A model generated the notes under the pieces. The model saw only the letters and a program-made list of their open reading frames with translations, was not told where the DNA came from and did not search any database. Positions 11,027 through 22,957 of a DNA stretch of 64,000 nt are shown piece by piece (position 1 is the stretch's first letter; each line of letters starts with the position of its first letter). The translations under genes and the position numbers were made by a program. The stretch spans positions 160,001 through 224,000 of the forward strand of contig CAVPHD010000003.1 of NCBI GenBank assembly GCA_963704165.1, written 5' to 3'. The DNA is from an uncultured delta proteobacterium. GTDB lineage: Bacteria; Myxococcota_A; UBA9160; SZUA-336.

Positions 11027-12094
11027 GGTCGTTCTCCGCGCTCACGGCCGGGCTGCTCTGCTGTGCATGCTCGACCCCGCTCGATCCGATCGTGGACTGC
11101 GCGCCGTCCGCAGACGCTCGGCCGATCTGCGGCTTCCAGAACCCCGAGGATCTCGCGCTGCTTCCCGGCGGAACGAGCCTCGTCGTCAGCCAGATGGGAG
11201 AGATGGACGGCTCCGAGCCGGGGAGCCTGGTCTTCTTCGAGCTCGCGAGCGACGCGATCACGCCGGCTTTTTCTGGCGCGCCCGCGGAGCGCAGCCCGGC
11301 GACGCCGGGCTGGGGCGATCCCGACTGTCGCGAGGCTCCCGACGCCGACTTCAGCCCGCACGGTCTCGCGCTCTCGCGACGGCCCGACGGCGCGCATCAG
11401 CTTCTCGTCGTCAATCACGGCGGCCGCGAGTCGATCGAGTTCTTCGAAGTCGGTGACTCCGGAAACGGGCCTTCGCTGGCGTGGCGCGGCTGCGCGATCC
11501 CACCGGCGGATTCGTTCCTGAACGACGTTGCCGCGCTGCCGGACGGCGGCTTCGTGACCACGCACATGTTCCCGAAGGGCGGAGCTGTCTTCGCGATGCT
11601 CAAGGGAATTCTCGGGCTGTCGACGGGCTGGGTCTACGAATGGCATCCCGGCGCCGGCTTCTCGAAAGTGCCCGGCAGCGACGGTCCGATGCCGAACGGC
11701 ATCGAGGCCGCGGCGGACGGCGAGACGCTGTACGTCGATCTCTATCTCGGAAGCGAAGTCCGGAGAGATCTCGCGAACGACCGGCGAGACCCTCGCCTCG
11801 GTCGAGATCTCCAATCCCGACAACGTCCTGTGGAGCCCCGACGGAAGCCTGCTCGTCGCCTCGCACGATGCGTCGCTGAACGAGATGCGAGCCTGCGGCG
11901 AGATCGAGCGCGGCGCCTGCCCGTTTCGTTTCTCGATCGTGCAGCTCGACCCCGAGTCCCTCACGCCGCGCTCGCTCTACGAGAACGTGGGCCCGCCGAT
12001 GGGCGCCGGCACGGCCGCCCTGCGAATCGGCGACGAGCTCGTGATCGGCAGCTTCCGGGGCGACCGGATCGTGCGCGTGACGCTGCCGAACTGA
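11023..12094 (+). CDS. paraoxonase/SMP-30-like beta-propeller lipoprotein; +1 frameshift near 11767
   Basis: lipobox CCAC; NPEDL, FSPHGL, VVNHGGRESIEFF, PNGI, NPDNV in successive frames; start overlaps the xth stop. Confidence 0.8.
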
Positions 12095-12102
12095 CGCGCG
12101 GC

Positions 12103-13356
12103 TCAACCGCCTTCGGCGCGGAGCGGCGCGGGCTTTCCGAAGAGCCAGCCCTGTCCGAACGGAATTCCCATCTCGCCGAGCGTCCGGAGCTCCTCGAGCG
12201 TGTCGAGGCCCTCGCCGACGATGCGCGAATTCATGTCGCGTGCGATCGCCTGGAATGCGCGGACCATGTTCTGACGCGCGGAGTCCTGATCGATCCCGCG
12301 CACGAACGAGCGATCGACCTTGATGAATTCGGGGGAGAGCTCCATGACCGCTTCGAGACTCGCGTACCCCGCACCGGTGTCGTCGAGCGCGAACTGGAAG
12401 CCGAGCTTTCCGTAGTTGTCGCGCGCCTCGCGGAAGATCTCGTAGTTCTCGATCGACTCCTGCTCGGAGATCTCGAAGACCACGTCCGATGGTGAGAGCC
12501 CGCAGCGCTCGAGCGTCCGCGTGAGCGCGTCCGGCTGGAAGTTCGGGTCGTGGATCGCCGTCGGGCGGATGTTCATGAAGAGCTTCGCCCCTTCCGGGAA
12601 TCCGATCGCGCCCTCGACCGCGGCGCGGCGGCACTGGCAATCGAGTTCGAAGAGCAGGTCTTCCTCGGCGGCGACACCGAAGAGCTCCAGAGGCGAAGCG
12701 AAGAGCCCGCCATCGGTGCCGCGAATCAGGGCCTCGTAGCCGAAGACCGTCAGCGACTTCGCATCGACGACCGGTTCGTACACGGAGTGCAGCTTGCCGC
12801 GGATGAGCACGTCGAGGAAGTCGCGTCTGCGCGTCCGGCGCGCGAGCTGCGCATTGAGCCGAGCGTCGTCGCGCGCTTCGTCCATGCCGCGGCGCAGCTG
12901 GGAGAGCGGCGAGATGATCGGATTGCGCTGCACGAACGCGATGCCGATCGGCAGCATCGGCAGCTTGCGCAGATACGGATAGGCGACACGCTGGGCGTTT
13001 CGCGTCAGGCGCTCGCGGACGGCCTTCTCGAGCGCGGGCAGGCCCTTGGCGTTGAAGTCGATGTCGGTGGGCGGACGAGCGACGAAACAGAGCACCTCAC
13101 CTCGGCCGGCTTCGCCTCGCGCGAGCGACTCGCGACGTCCGAGCACCTCCTGACAGGCGCCGCCGACGAGTTCCGCCACCGCCGCCAGGGCGCCCGCGTG
13201 CGCTCCCTCGCCATACACCCGCTCCACCTCGTCGAGCGCCGCGCAATCGACGTAGAGGACCCCGAGGGCTCCCTGGCGGGAGAACTCCGCGCAGATCTCC
13301 GCGTAGAGGTCACCAATGGGTGCCAGCAAGTTCTTCGGGTTCGTGCTCTCGTCCAT
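12103..13356 (-). CDS. EAL-domain c-di-GMP phosphodiesterase with a degenerate N-terminal GGDEF-like domain
   Basis: YEALIR, LFMN, FEISE, ALDDTGAGYASL, IKVDRSFV, GEG, GQGW. Confidence 0.9.
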   Translation of the reverse strand: MDESTNPKNLLAPIGDLYAEICAEFSRQGALGVLYVDCAALDEVERVYGEGAHAGALAAVAELVGGACQEVLGRRESLARGEAGRGEVLCFVARPPTDIDFNAKGLPALEKAVRERLTRNAQRVAYPYLRKLPMLPIGIAFVQRNPIISPLSQLRRGMDEARDDARLNAQLARRTRRRDFLDVLIRGKLHSVYEPVVDAKSLTVFGYEALIRGTDGGLFASPLELFGVAAEEDLLFELDCQCRRAAVEGAIGFPEGAKLFMNIRPTAIHDPNFQPDALTRTLERCGLSPSDVVFEISEQESIENYEIFREARDNYGKLGFQFALDDTGAGYASLEAVMELSPEFIKVDRSFVRGIDQDSARQNMVRAFQAIARDMNSRIVGEGLDTLEELRTLGEMGIPFGQGWLFGKPAPLRAEGG

Positions 13357-13645
13357 GCGCGATTCGACCTCGTGCGTATCCAGAGCCGAATCGGCAGGAG
13401 CGCCTCGCGCGTTGAGGGGTACGCCGCGCCCATGGCCCTCGATCGTCGGTACGAGCGCAAGCTGCGAAGCGTCTTCCGAGTGAGCTCGGCGGGAACCGCA
13501 CCCTGCCAGGTCCAGTTCGGCTCGCAGGCGCCGTCCCGGACGGCTGCCCGATCTCCCGGTCGGGATTCGAGTTCACGCTTCGGTGTAGCCCGCTCGCGGA
13601 GCACGTCGAGCACGGCGGATCGCCGGGGCGGAAGGCTTCACCCGC

Positions 13646-14739
13646 TCAGCGATAGACGATCACGCCGCGCGCGTTCACTCCCTTCTCGAGATCCTGGATC
13701 GCCCGCGCCGCGTCTTCGATCGAGTACGTGGCGCTGACCATGTCGTCGAGGTTCAGCTTCCCGCCGGTGTACAGGTCGAGGAGCATCGGGAAGTCGGCGC
13801 GGAAGTTCGTGTCGCCGTAGAAGCTGCCCTTGATGGTCTTGCCCTCCATCGAGAGCATCAGCGCCGTTGAAGGGCACCTGCTCGGTGAGCTTGCCGACGC
13901 CGACGATGGTCGTCGTCGCGCCGCGGCGTCCCGCGGCATGCGCCTCGACCATGAGCTGCGGGAATCCCGACCGCCTCGAAGGTGAAGTCGGGTCCCTGCC
14001 CGCCGGTGAACTCCTTGCACTTCATGACCGAGCTCTCCTTGGCGCCGTTCACGGTGTGCGTCGCGCCGAAGTGACGCGCCATCTCGAGCTTCTTGTCCGC
14101 CACGTCGACCGCGATGATCTTCGCAGCGCCGGCGAGGCGCGCGCCCTGGATGATCGAGAGACCGACGCCTCCGCAGCCGAAGACCGCGACCGACGAGCCC
14201 GGCGTCACCTTCGCGGTGTTGATCGCCGCGCCGACGCCCGTCATCACACCGCAGCCGACCAGCGCCGCCTTGTCGAGCGGGATCGACTTGTCGATCACGC
14301 AGGCGCTGATCGCCGGCACGATCACTTCCTCGGCCATGCAGCCGAGGAACTGCATCACCCCGAGATCCGCGCCGCTCTTGTCGTGCATCCGCGCGGTGCC
14401 GTCGAGCATGCGCCCATGGGGTCCACCGATGCTGCAGAACTGCGGCTGATGGTTCTTGCAGTACGAACAGACGCCGCACGCGGGTGCGAACGACAGCACC
14501 ACGTGATCGCCGACGGTGAAGCCGGTCACGCCCGCGCCGATCTCGGCGACGACGCCCGCGCCCTCGTGTCCGAGCACCATCGGCTTGGGCAGCGGCAGCG
14601 TGCCGTTGATCACGGAGAGGTCCGAGTGGCAGACGCCGGTGGCGCCCATCTTGATGCGCAGTTCGCCGGCCTTGGGCGGATCGAGCGTCACGTCCTCGAC
14701 GGCGTACTGGTTCAGCTCTCGGGTCACGACGGCTTTCAT
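13646..14739 (-). CDS. Zn-dependent alcohol dehydrogenase (MDR); two +1 frameshifts near 13957 and 13863
   Basis: GVCHSD, GHEGAG, CGVCSYC..C, GCGGVG; C-terminus continues in ORFs 13638..13952 and 13646..14479. Confidence 0.9.
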
Positions 14740-14833
14740 CTCTTCTCTCCTTGGGTTGGCGCGATGGTTATACGCGTCGGCCGGGTCGCGGATCAAGCGA
14801 GCCCCGTGCTCTAATCCGCGGCTTGGAGGAGCC

Positions 14834-15493
14834 ATGGACCTGAAGACCACCGACGAGCTTCTGACCCGGACGCGCTCTGTGAGAAAACGCCTCGATCTGT
14901 CGCGCCCGGTGCCCCGGGAGCTGATCGAGGAGTGCATCGAGATCGCGCTGCAGGCGCCGACCGGCTCGAACGCGCAGGGCTGGCACTTCGTCGTGGTCAC
15001 CGACGCCGCGAAGCGCGCCGAGATCGCGCGCTGCTACAAGGAGACGCTTGCCGGCTACCTGAAGATGCAGGAGGCCGGAGGACCGCGCTGGACGAAGCCC
15101 GGCGACCCGCGCAAGGCGCAGGAGGAGCGCGTGCGCGACTCCGCTCTCTACCTCGCCGAGCACCTGCACGAAGTTCCCGTGCACGTGATCCCGTGCATCG
15201 AGGGGCGCGTCGAGAACGCCGGAGCGATGGCGCAGGCCAGCGCTTACGGCTCGATTCTGCCCGCCGCCTGGTCGTTCATGCTCGCCGGACGCGCGCGCGG
15301 GCTCGGCATGGCGTGGACGACGCTCCACCTCGCGCACGAGGCTGCGATCTCGAAGCTGCTCGGGATCCCGGCGACGGTCACGCAGACCGCGCTCCTGCCG
15401 GTCGCCTTCTACAAGGGCAAGGACTTCAAGCGCGCCGCACGAATCCCCGCGCGCGACCTCACGAGCTGGGACCGCTGGGGCGAACGCGGCTAG
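14834..15493 (+). CDS. nitroreductase family protein
   Basis: TRSVRKRL, APTGSNAQGWHFVVV, ARGLGMAWTT; GGAGGAG RBS. Confidence 0.92.
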   Translation: MDLKTTDELLTRTRSVRKRLDLSRPVPRELIEECIEIALQAPTGSNAQGWHFVVVTDAAKRAEIARCYKETLAGYLKMQEAGGPRWTKPGDPRKAQEERVRDSALYLAEHLHEVPVHVIPCIEGRVENAGAMAQASAYGSILPAAWSFMLAGRARGLGMAWTTLHLAHEAAISKLLGIPATVTQTALLPVAFYKGKDFKRAARIPARDLTSWDRWGERG

Positions 15494-16900
15494 CGGCTCG
15501 GGACCCGGATCTCCGCCAGCGCGAAATACAGGCGGAGGGCGGAGCGCGCGGCCTTTCGGAAGTCGTCGAGGTTCAGGCTCTCGTTCTCGCCGTGGGCATT
15601 GCAGATCGGGTCTTCGAGCCCGAGCAGGAGCGCGGGCACGCCGCCGAGCACCTCGGCGAACGGCCCGACGAACGGGATCGATCCGCCGCAGCCGATCCGC
15701 GCGAGATCGCAGCCGTAGCCCGCTTCGAGCGCGGTCTGCGCGGCATCGAAGGCGGAACCGACCGGTGTCGTCTCCCAGCCGCCCGCGGCGCTGTCGAGCT
15801 CGAGCTCGACGACGACACCGTTCGGTGGATCCCGGCGCAGGAACTCGAGCAGGAGCCTCGAAGCGCGCTCCGCGTCCTGACTCGGCGCGAGCCGCAGGCC
15901 GACGCGCGCCGACGCCTCGTCCATCAGCCGATTCGCGGCGCCGGCGAGCGGCACGCCCTCGAGCGCCGTGAACGCGAGGCTCGGTCGAAACCAGAGCCTT
16001 TCCCAGGGCGTGAACTCGGGCTCGCCCGCGAGCTCGCCGCGCGTGAGGAGCCCCGCCTGCGCTCGGAAGCGGGTCTCGTCGAACGGCAGCCGCGCGAGGC
16101 GTGCGCGTTCGTCGGCCGAGAGCTCGCGCACGTCGTCGTAGAGACCCGGGATCTGGATCACGCCGCGATCGTCGACGAGTCGCGCGAGCAGCCGCACGAG
16201 CGCGCTCGCGGCGTCGGCGACCGGGCCTCCCCACATCCCGCTGTGCAGCGGATGGTCGAGCGCGCGCACGCGCACGTCGACGGTCACGAGTCCGCGCAGG
16301 CTCGTCGTGAGCGACGGGATTCCGGCGTCGAGATTCGCGGTGTCGGAGAGGACGATCACGTCCGCGTCGAGCCGCTCGCGATGGCTGCGCAGGAACGCTT
16401 CGAGATGCGGCGAGCCGATCTCCTCCTCTCCCTCGACGACGAACTTCACGTTCAGCGGCGGCACGCCGCCCGCCGCGAAGCACGCGCGCAGCGCCGCCAG
16501 GTGCACCAGGAGGCCGGCCTTGTCGTCGACCACGCCGCGGCCGTAGAGGCGGCCGTCCGCGCGCAGCGTCGGCTCGAAGGCCGGCGTCTCCCAGCGCTCG
16601 GCCCGACCCGGCGGCTGCACGTCGTGGTGCGCGTAGATCAGCAGCGTCGGCGCCGCGTTCCCGGCGTGCAGCCAATCACCGACGACGTACGGGTGCGCGC
16701 CGGCAACGCGCAGGATCTCGACGTGCTCGAGGCCCGACTCGCGCATCGCTCGCGCGACGGCGTCGGCGGAACGCTCGAGCTCCGTGGCCGGAAAGCCCTC
16801 GGCCGAAATCCCCGGCACGCGGGCGAGGACGACGAGCGCCTCGAGAACTGGAAGCGAACTCCCCTTCCAGTGCACGCAATGCCGACTCGATCGCGCTCAT
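15490..16900 (-). CDS. M20/M25/M40 metallopeptidase (dipeptidase); +1 frameshift near 16846
   Basis: HHDVQPPG, GRGVVDDK, EGEEEIGS, GGSIP, HGENE; likely true start MSAIESALRAL with GGAGGG RBS lies in the adjacent frame. Confidence 0.9.
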
Positions 16901-17022
16901 CACGCCCTCCCCTCCCGCGCGAATCCTCGTCGCGGCCCCGGTCGGAGTTTGCTTCGCGGCGTCTCGGCGATCCAGCCCGGGCGGGACCCAGACGAGGGTG
17001 TCCGCCGAGATAGACTGCGAAG

Positions 17023-18584
17023 ATGAGCTGGCAGGACGAGGTCGACGGCATCGAGGCGCGAAGACGCGCCGCGCTCGCGCTCGGCGGCGAAGCGGCGATC
17101 GCGGCGCAGCACGCCAAAGGTCGCCTCACCGTCCGAGAGCGCATCGACGCCTTGGTCGACCCCGGTTCCTTCCGGGAGCAGGGACCGATCGCCGGACACG
17201 CGGAGAAGGCCGAGGACGGGCGTCTCGAATCCTTCTCGCCCGCGAACTACGTGCTCGGGGTGGCGAAGCTCGACGGACGGCCCTGTGTCGTCGGTGGCGA
17301 GGACTTCACGCAGGCGGGCGGCTCGCCGTCGCCGGCCGGGCTGCGCAAGTCGGTGCTCGCCGAGGATCTGGCGGTCCGGCTCCGGCTGCCGCTGCTGCGA
17401 TTGCTCGAAGGCGGCGGGGGCAGCGTGGCACCGCGGGCCAGCCGCGGCGCGGCCCCGATCGTGGTCGATTCCGCGAACGCCCCGCCGAGATTCCTCTCGT
17501 TCGCGCAGGCCATGGCGCAGGGTCCGGTCGTCTCCGCCGCGCTCGGAGCGGTCGCCGGGTTGCCGGCCGCGCGCCTCGTCGCGTCGCACCTCTCGCTGAT
17601 GGCCCGCGAGAGCGCGCAGGTGCTGATCGCGGGTCCGGCCCTGGTCGAGCGCGCGCGCGGGATTTCGGCGACGAAGGAGGAGCTCGGCGGCGCACGCGTG
17701 CACCTGCGCAGCGGCGTCGTCGACAATGCGGCCGACGACGAGCGCGGCGTCTTCGCGCTCGTGCGGCGATTCCTCTCGTATCTGCCGACGAATGTCTGGG
17801 AGTCCGCGCCGGTCCTCGGCTGCGACGATCCCGCGGATCGCGCCGAGGAGGAGCTGATCTCGCTCGTGCCGCGGGAACGCCGGAAGTCGTACAAGATGCG
17901 CCGCGCGCTCGAGCTCGTGCTCGATCGCGGGAGCTTCTTCGAAGTCGCACCCGAGTTCGGCCGCTCGCTGATCTGTGGCCTCGCGCGGCTGCGTGGCCAG
18001 CCGATCGGCGTGATCGCGAACGACCCGAACTTCTACGCCGGCGCGATGACGGCGGCCGCGCGCGCAGAAGCTGCGCCGACACGTCGATCTCTGCGACACG
18101 TTCCATCTGCCGATCGCGAGCTTCGTCGACGAGCCCGGACTTCCTGATCGGTCCCGAGGCGGAGCGCGACGCCACGATCCGGCACGGAACGGCCGCGATC
18201 TTCGCCGTGATGCAATCGAGCGTTCCCTGGGCGACGGTGCACGTCCGCAAGGCGTTCGGAGTCGCGGCCGCGGCCCACTTCGGGCCCGGCGGACACGTGA
18301 TCGCCTGGCCCTCGGCCGAGTCCGGCGCGCTGCCGCTCGAAGGCGGCGTCGCGGTCGCATTCCGCCGCGAGATCGAGTCCGCACCCGATCCCGAGGCGAA
18401 GCGCCGCGAGCTCGAGGAGCGCCTCGCCGCGCGGCGCGACCCGTTCGCACGCGCCGAGAGCTTCGGGGTGGCGGACCTCGTCGATCCGCGCCGCACCCGC
18501 GGGGCGCTCTGCGCCTGGGTCGAGTGGATCCAGCCCGCGCTCGCCCAACACCTCGGACCGCGCAGCTACTCCATCCGGCCCTGA
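17023..18584 (+). CDS. acyl-CoA carboxylase, carboxyltransferase subunit; two +1 frameshifts near 18062 and 18139
   Basis: LGGEAAIAAQHAKGRLTVRERID, EDFTQAGGS, KEELGGARVH, DEPG/FLIG, RKAFG, DLVDPRRTR. Confidence 0.9.
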
Positions 18585-19850
18585 CCCGATCCGCCCGGCG
18601 CGCGCACTCGCGAAATCAGAAAGGCCGCGCACGCCGCGACCAACGCCAGTCCCTCGAACGCGTGCACGTACCCGCCGAACCCATCGTAGGCGACCCCGAC
18701 CGCGTACGGACCGAGCCCGCTCGCGAGCTGCGTGCCGAGCGCGAGCGCGCCGAAGACCCGGCCGAACGAGGCCGCCCCGAAGAAATCACCGACGAGGAGG
18801 GGCTGCATCATGAAGATGTTCCCCATCGTGAGTCCGAACACGAACGACGCCGCGATCGCGCTGGTCGCGTCCGGCGCGTGCGCGAAGAACAGCGTCGCGA
18901 GAGCCTGGACGAGGAAGAGACCGACCGCGATCGAGCTCTTTCGAAAACGATCTGCGATCGGCCCGACGAGAAGGCGTCCGACGACGCTCCCGACCGCGGT
19001 CGCGCTGACCGCGATCGCCGCCTCGCTCGGCCCGATCCGCTCGCGCAGCCACGCGATCTGATGCGCGAGGAATCCGACCTGACCGAAGAGGCCGAGCCCG
19101 AACGCGAGCATGAGTCCCCAGAACGCGGACTGTCGCAGCGCGTCGCGCGTTCTCGGGGTGTGCGGGCTCACGCGATGAGCGTGTCCGGGCATCGGGACGA
19201 GACCATCGGGGAAGAGCCCGTATCTGGCCGGATCGCTGCGCAGGACGAACGATCACCACGGGCAGAGCGACCCCGAGGACGATCACGGCGAGCGACGTCA
19301 TCGCGGCGGGAAGACCGTGCGCGGCGATCATCCAGATCGCGAGCGGCACGGCGACGATTCCGCCGAGCGAGACGCCTGTTTGCGACAGGGTCATCGCGCG
19401 CGCTCGGAGCGAGACGAACCAACGCGTGACGAGCGATGAGGTCGGAATCGGTCCACTCATCGACATGCCGACGGCCATCAGCGGAATCCAGACGTAGAGC
19501 ATGCCGACGGACTGCACGCGTCCCACCGCGACGAGCGATGCCGCGAGCAGGCACGCACCGGCCGCGATGAATCCGCGCTCGCCGAAACGGTCGATGCCGC
19601 GCCCGACGACGAGACCCGCGAAGCCGGAGGCGACGAAATAGAGTCCCGTCGCACCGGAGACCATCGAGCGCGACCAACCGCGTTCGTTGCAGAGCGCGTC
19701 GAGCAGGACACCCTGCGTGTAGAAGCCGATTCCCGCGCACGCGAACGAGAGCAGGCACGCACCGAGCGCCACCCACCAGCCGTAGAAGATCCCGGGCGAG
19801 ATCCGGTGGATCGCGGGGAGCGGAGTCGGCGCGTCGCGACTCGACTCCAT
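18566..19850 (-). CDS. MFS transporter; +1 frameshift near 19250
   Basis: FYGWWV, motif A GRGIDRFGER, second half GPIADRF; multiple TM helices. Confidence 0.88.
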
Positions 19851-19927
19851 GCAGACGCACTCCTCGGTTTGTCGCCCGGCGACGCGCGAGACTATCATGC
19901 GCTCCAGCGATCTCGCGGGAGTGTTCC

Positions 19928-20723
19928 ATGTCCGAGCCCGTTCTCCGGATCGAGCGCGACGCCGGCGTCGTCACGCGTGACGCTCAATCGTCCCCAGGCG
20001 ATGAACGCGCTCTCGCGCGACCTCCGCGTCGCGCTCGTCGACGCCTTCACGACGTTCGAGTTCGACCCCGACGCGCGCATCGTGATCCTCACCGGTGCCG
20101 GGCGCGCATTCTGCGCGGGCCTCGACCTGAAGGAGCTCGGCCGAGGCGCGGGACCGGTCGGCGCGGGTCGCGGCGGGGAGCCGAACGTGATGAAGGCGAT
20201 CTCGAGCTTCGCGGGGCCGATCATCGGCGCGATCAACGGCGTCGCCGTCACGGGCGGATTCGAGCTCGCACTCGCGTGCGACGTGCTGATCGCGTCGACC
20301 CAAGCTCGCTTCGCCGATACACATGCGCGTGTCGGCATCATGCCGGGCTGGGGCCTTTCCCAGAAGCTCTCGCGCGCGATCGGGATCTCTCGCGCGAAGG
20401 AGCTCTCGCTGACCGGAAACTACCTGGACGCCGAGCGAGCCAACGCGTGGGGACTGGTGAACCGCGTGGTCGCACCCGACGAGCTCCTGCCGACTTGCCG
20501 CGCGCTCGCGCAGGACATGCTCTCGGTTCCGAACGATGGGCTGCGCACCTACAAGCGCATCATCGATCAAGGCTTCGCCCTGGCGTTCGGCGAGGCGATG
20601 AACCTCGAACGAGAGCTCTCGCGCGAGGCGAACTCGAAGGTCGCGCCGCAGGCCGTCGAAGAAGCGCGCGTGCTCGTGCGCGCCCGCGGCCGGTCCCAGA
20701 CGCACGGCGACGATCGCGAGTGA
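19928..20723 (+). CDS. enoyl-CoA hydratase/crotonase; +1 frameshift near 19976
   Basis: TLNRPQAMNALS, AFCAGLDLKE, GGFELALACD, FADTHARVGIMPGWG. Confidence 0.92.
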
Positions 20724-20735
20724 CGGCTCGACGCG

Positions 20736-21835
20736 ATGCTGAACAAGCTCGACGACTATCCGATCCACCAGACGCCCGAACCGATCGCGCAACCCCTGAC
20801 CGGCGATCGAAACGTCTACGACCGCTACTGGTTCAACGGCTTCACTCGCGAAGCGGATCTGTTCTTCGCCGTCGCTCTCGGCGTGTACCCGAATCGGCGC
20901 GTGATGGACGCGGCGGTGTCGGTCGTGCGCGGGGGCGTGCAGTACGTCGTGCGCGGTTCACGGCTCGCGCCGGACGAGCGCACCGACACGCGTGCCGGGC
21001 CGATCTCGATCGAAGTGCAGGAGCCGATGCGAACGCTGCGCATCCGCATCGCACCGAATCCACACGGGCTCGTCGGCGAGCTGACCTTTCGAGCACGCAC
21101 GGAGGCGCTGGAAGAGCCGCGCTTCACGCTGCGACGACGGCAGCCGCATCTTCCTCGACTCGACGCGCTTCACGCAGTTCGGCACGTGGGAGGGGTGGCT
21201 CGAGGTCGGTTCGGAACGGATCAAGCTCGATCCGAGTCACGTGCTCGCCACGCGCGATCGCTCCTGGGGTACGCGTCCGGTCGGAGAGCGCGAGACGACG
21301 GGCGCGCCGGGTCCGCTGCCGCAGTTCTATCTGGATCTGGGCGCCGCTTCAGTTCGAAGACCGCTGCATGCACTTCCAGGTCAATGAAGACGCTTCGGGC
21401 CGCGCCCTGAGCTCGCACGGCGTCTTCGTGCCGCTGCTCGCGTCGGGCCGAACGCTCGAGGAGATGGCTTCGGTACACCATTCGGTGACGTGGGAGAAGG
21501 GGACGCGCCGCGCGCGCGCGGCGGAGCTCACGCTCGTCCCTCGACACGGGGATCCCCACCGGATCGAGCTCGAGCCGCTGCTCACCTTCCAGATGCGCGG
21601 CATCGGCTACACCGACCCCGAATGGGGTCACGGAATGTGGAAGGGAGAGGACGTGACGAGCGGCGCCCTGTGGCGGCTCTCGGAGATCGACCCGATGGAG
21701 CCCTGGCACCTGCACACCCAGCAGCTCTGCCGGGTGCGCATGGGTGAGCGCGTGGGCTACGGCGCGCTCGAGCAGCTCGTGATCGGACCGCACGCCCCGT
21801 CGGGCTTCAAGTCGCTGATCGATCCTTCGGAGTGA
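20736..21835 (+). CDS. conserved hypothetical protein (beta-rich); two +1 frameshifts near 21138 and 21330
   Basis: MLNKLDDYPIHQTPEP..NVYDRYWFNG; RDRSWGTRPVGE; GIGYTDPEWGHGMWKG; LEQLVIGPHAPSGF assembled across three frames. Confidence 0.75.
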
Positions 21836-22754
21836 ACCGGCGTCCGAGCGCGAAGCCGTTCGCGTTCCAGTGGTCCGCGAGGGTCGCGATCGCATCCGGC
21901 ATCACGTCGCCCGCGACGACGACCCCGCGGCCGGGAAGGAACTGCGCCCGGCACTTCGGCAGTCGGGCGACCAGCCAGTGCGCCATCGCGATCGGGCTCG
22001 CGCCGTCCTCCTCGCCGTGCCAGAGCCAGACGGGCGTGTCGATCTGATCGATCGCGAAACCCCAGTCGCTCGCGAGCAGTCGCTGCTCCCGAACCACGCC
22101 GTCGATCCCGGAGCGGAACGACTCGTAGGCGGCGTCCATGAACACTTCCGCGATCTCCGGCGAGCTGATCGCCCGCCGCTCCGAGCTCGGCATCGTGTCG
22201 GCGATCAGGCGCAGCAATCCGACGGGATCGCTGTCGGAGAGCCGGGCCATTCGCCTCCAGATCGGTCCGAGCAGCCACGGCGCGAACCGCGGCAGCCAGA
22301 CGAGAATCGCCCGCGAGCGGATGTCCATTCCGACCAGGGTCGACGATTCGTTGTACGGCGCTGGGCTGCTGATCAGCGAGAGCGCACGCACGCGTTCGGG
22401 CAATTTCGCGGCCGTGGCGAGCGCGAACGGACCGCCCGTCGATACGCCCACGAGCGAGAAGTGCTCCAGGCCGAGCGCGTCCGCGACGAGCGCGACATCG
22501 TCGGCGACGTCGGAGATGCGATGACCGGGTTGCAGATCGGTGAGCCCGAAGCCGGGGCGATCGAGCGCCACGATGCAGACGTTCCGCCGCAGACCCACCG
22601 CGTGCGCGAGCGCCCCCTCGAGCCGTGAGCTGGTCAACCCGTGGAAGTAGACGACGGGCACGCCCTCGGGATCGCCGTAGGTGGCGAAACCGATCTGGCG
22701 CCCGTCTCGGGCGCGCAGGGTCCGATCCACGGCGGCGGAATGGCGCTCAGTCAC
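21807..22754 (-). CDS. alpha/beta-fold hydrolase
   Basis: YGDPEGVPVVYFHG, DRPGFG, GVSTGG, WHGEED; start codon uncertain (GTG). Confidence 0.85.
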   Translation of the reverse strand: MTERHSAAVDRTLRARDGRQIGFATYGDPEGVPVVYFHGLTSSRLEGALAHAVGLRRNVCIVALDRPGFGLTDLQPGHRISDVADDVALVADALGLEHFSLVGVSTGGPFALATAAKLPERVRALSLISSPAPYNESSTLVGMDIRSRAILVWLPRFAPWLLGPIWRRMARLSDSDPVGLLRLIADTMPSSERRAISSPEIAEVFMDAAYESFRSGIDGVVREQRLLASDWGFAIDQIDTPVWLWHGEEDGASPIAMAHWLVARLPKCRAQFLPGRGVVVAGDVMPDAIATLADHWNANGFALGRRFTPKDRSAT

Positions 22755-22957
22755 ATTTTCCCCTCTCCGCGCCGTCCACGGGCGCGGCCTCACCCTTGAT
22801 AGTGTCCGGGCACACCCGAAAAAGGGGCGCGCACGCTCCGCGATCGGCAACTTTATCTCCTTCGAGGCCGCTCCGACAGCGTTCCCGGCTTCCGTCCAGC
22901 GTCGGAGCCTGAGGCTCGGGCCGAAAGAACCGGCCCGGAGGCTCCGATCCGTCTCTC

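Noticed and set aside
13357..13645. 290-bp intergenic region as an ncRNA/riboswitch or small ORF
   Set aside because: No recognisable RNA motif; the possible ORF from 13432 lacks convincing features; an Rfam scan would be needed
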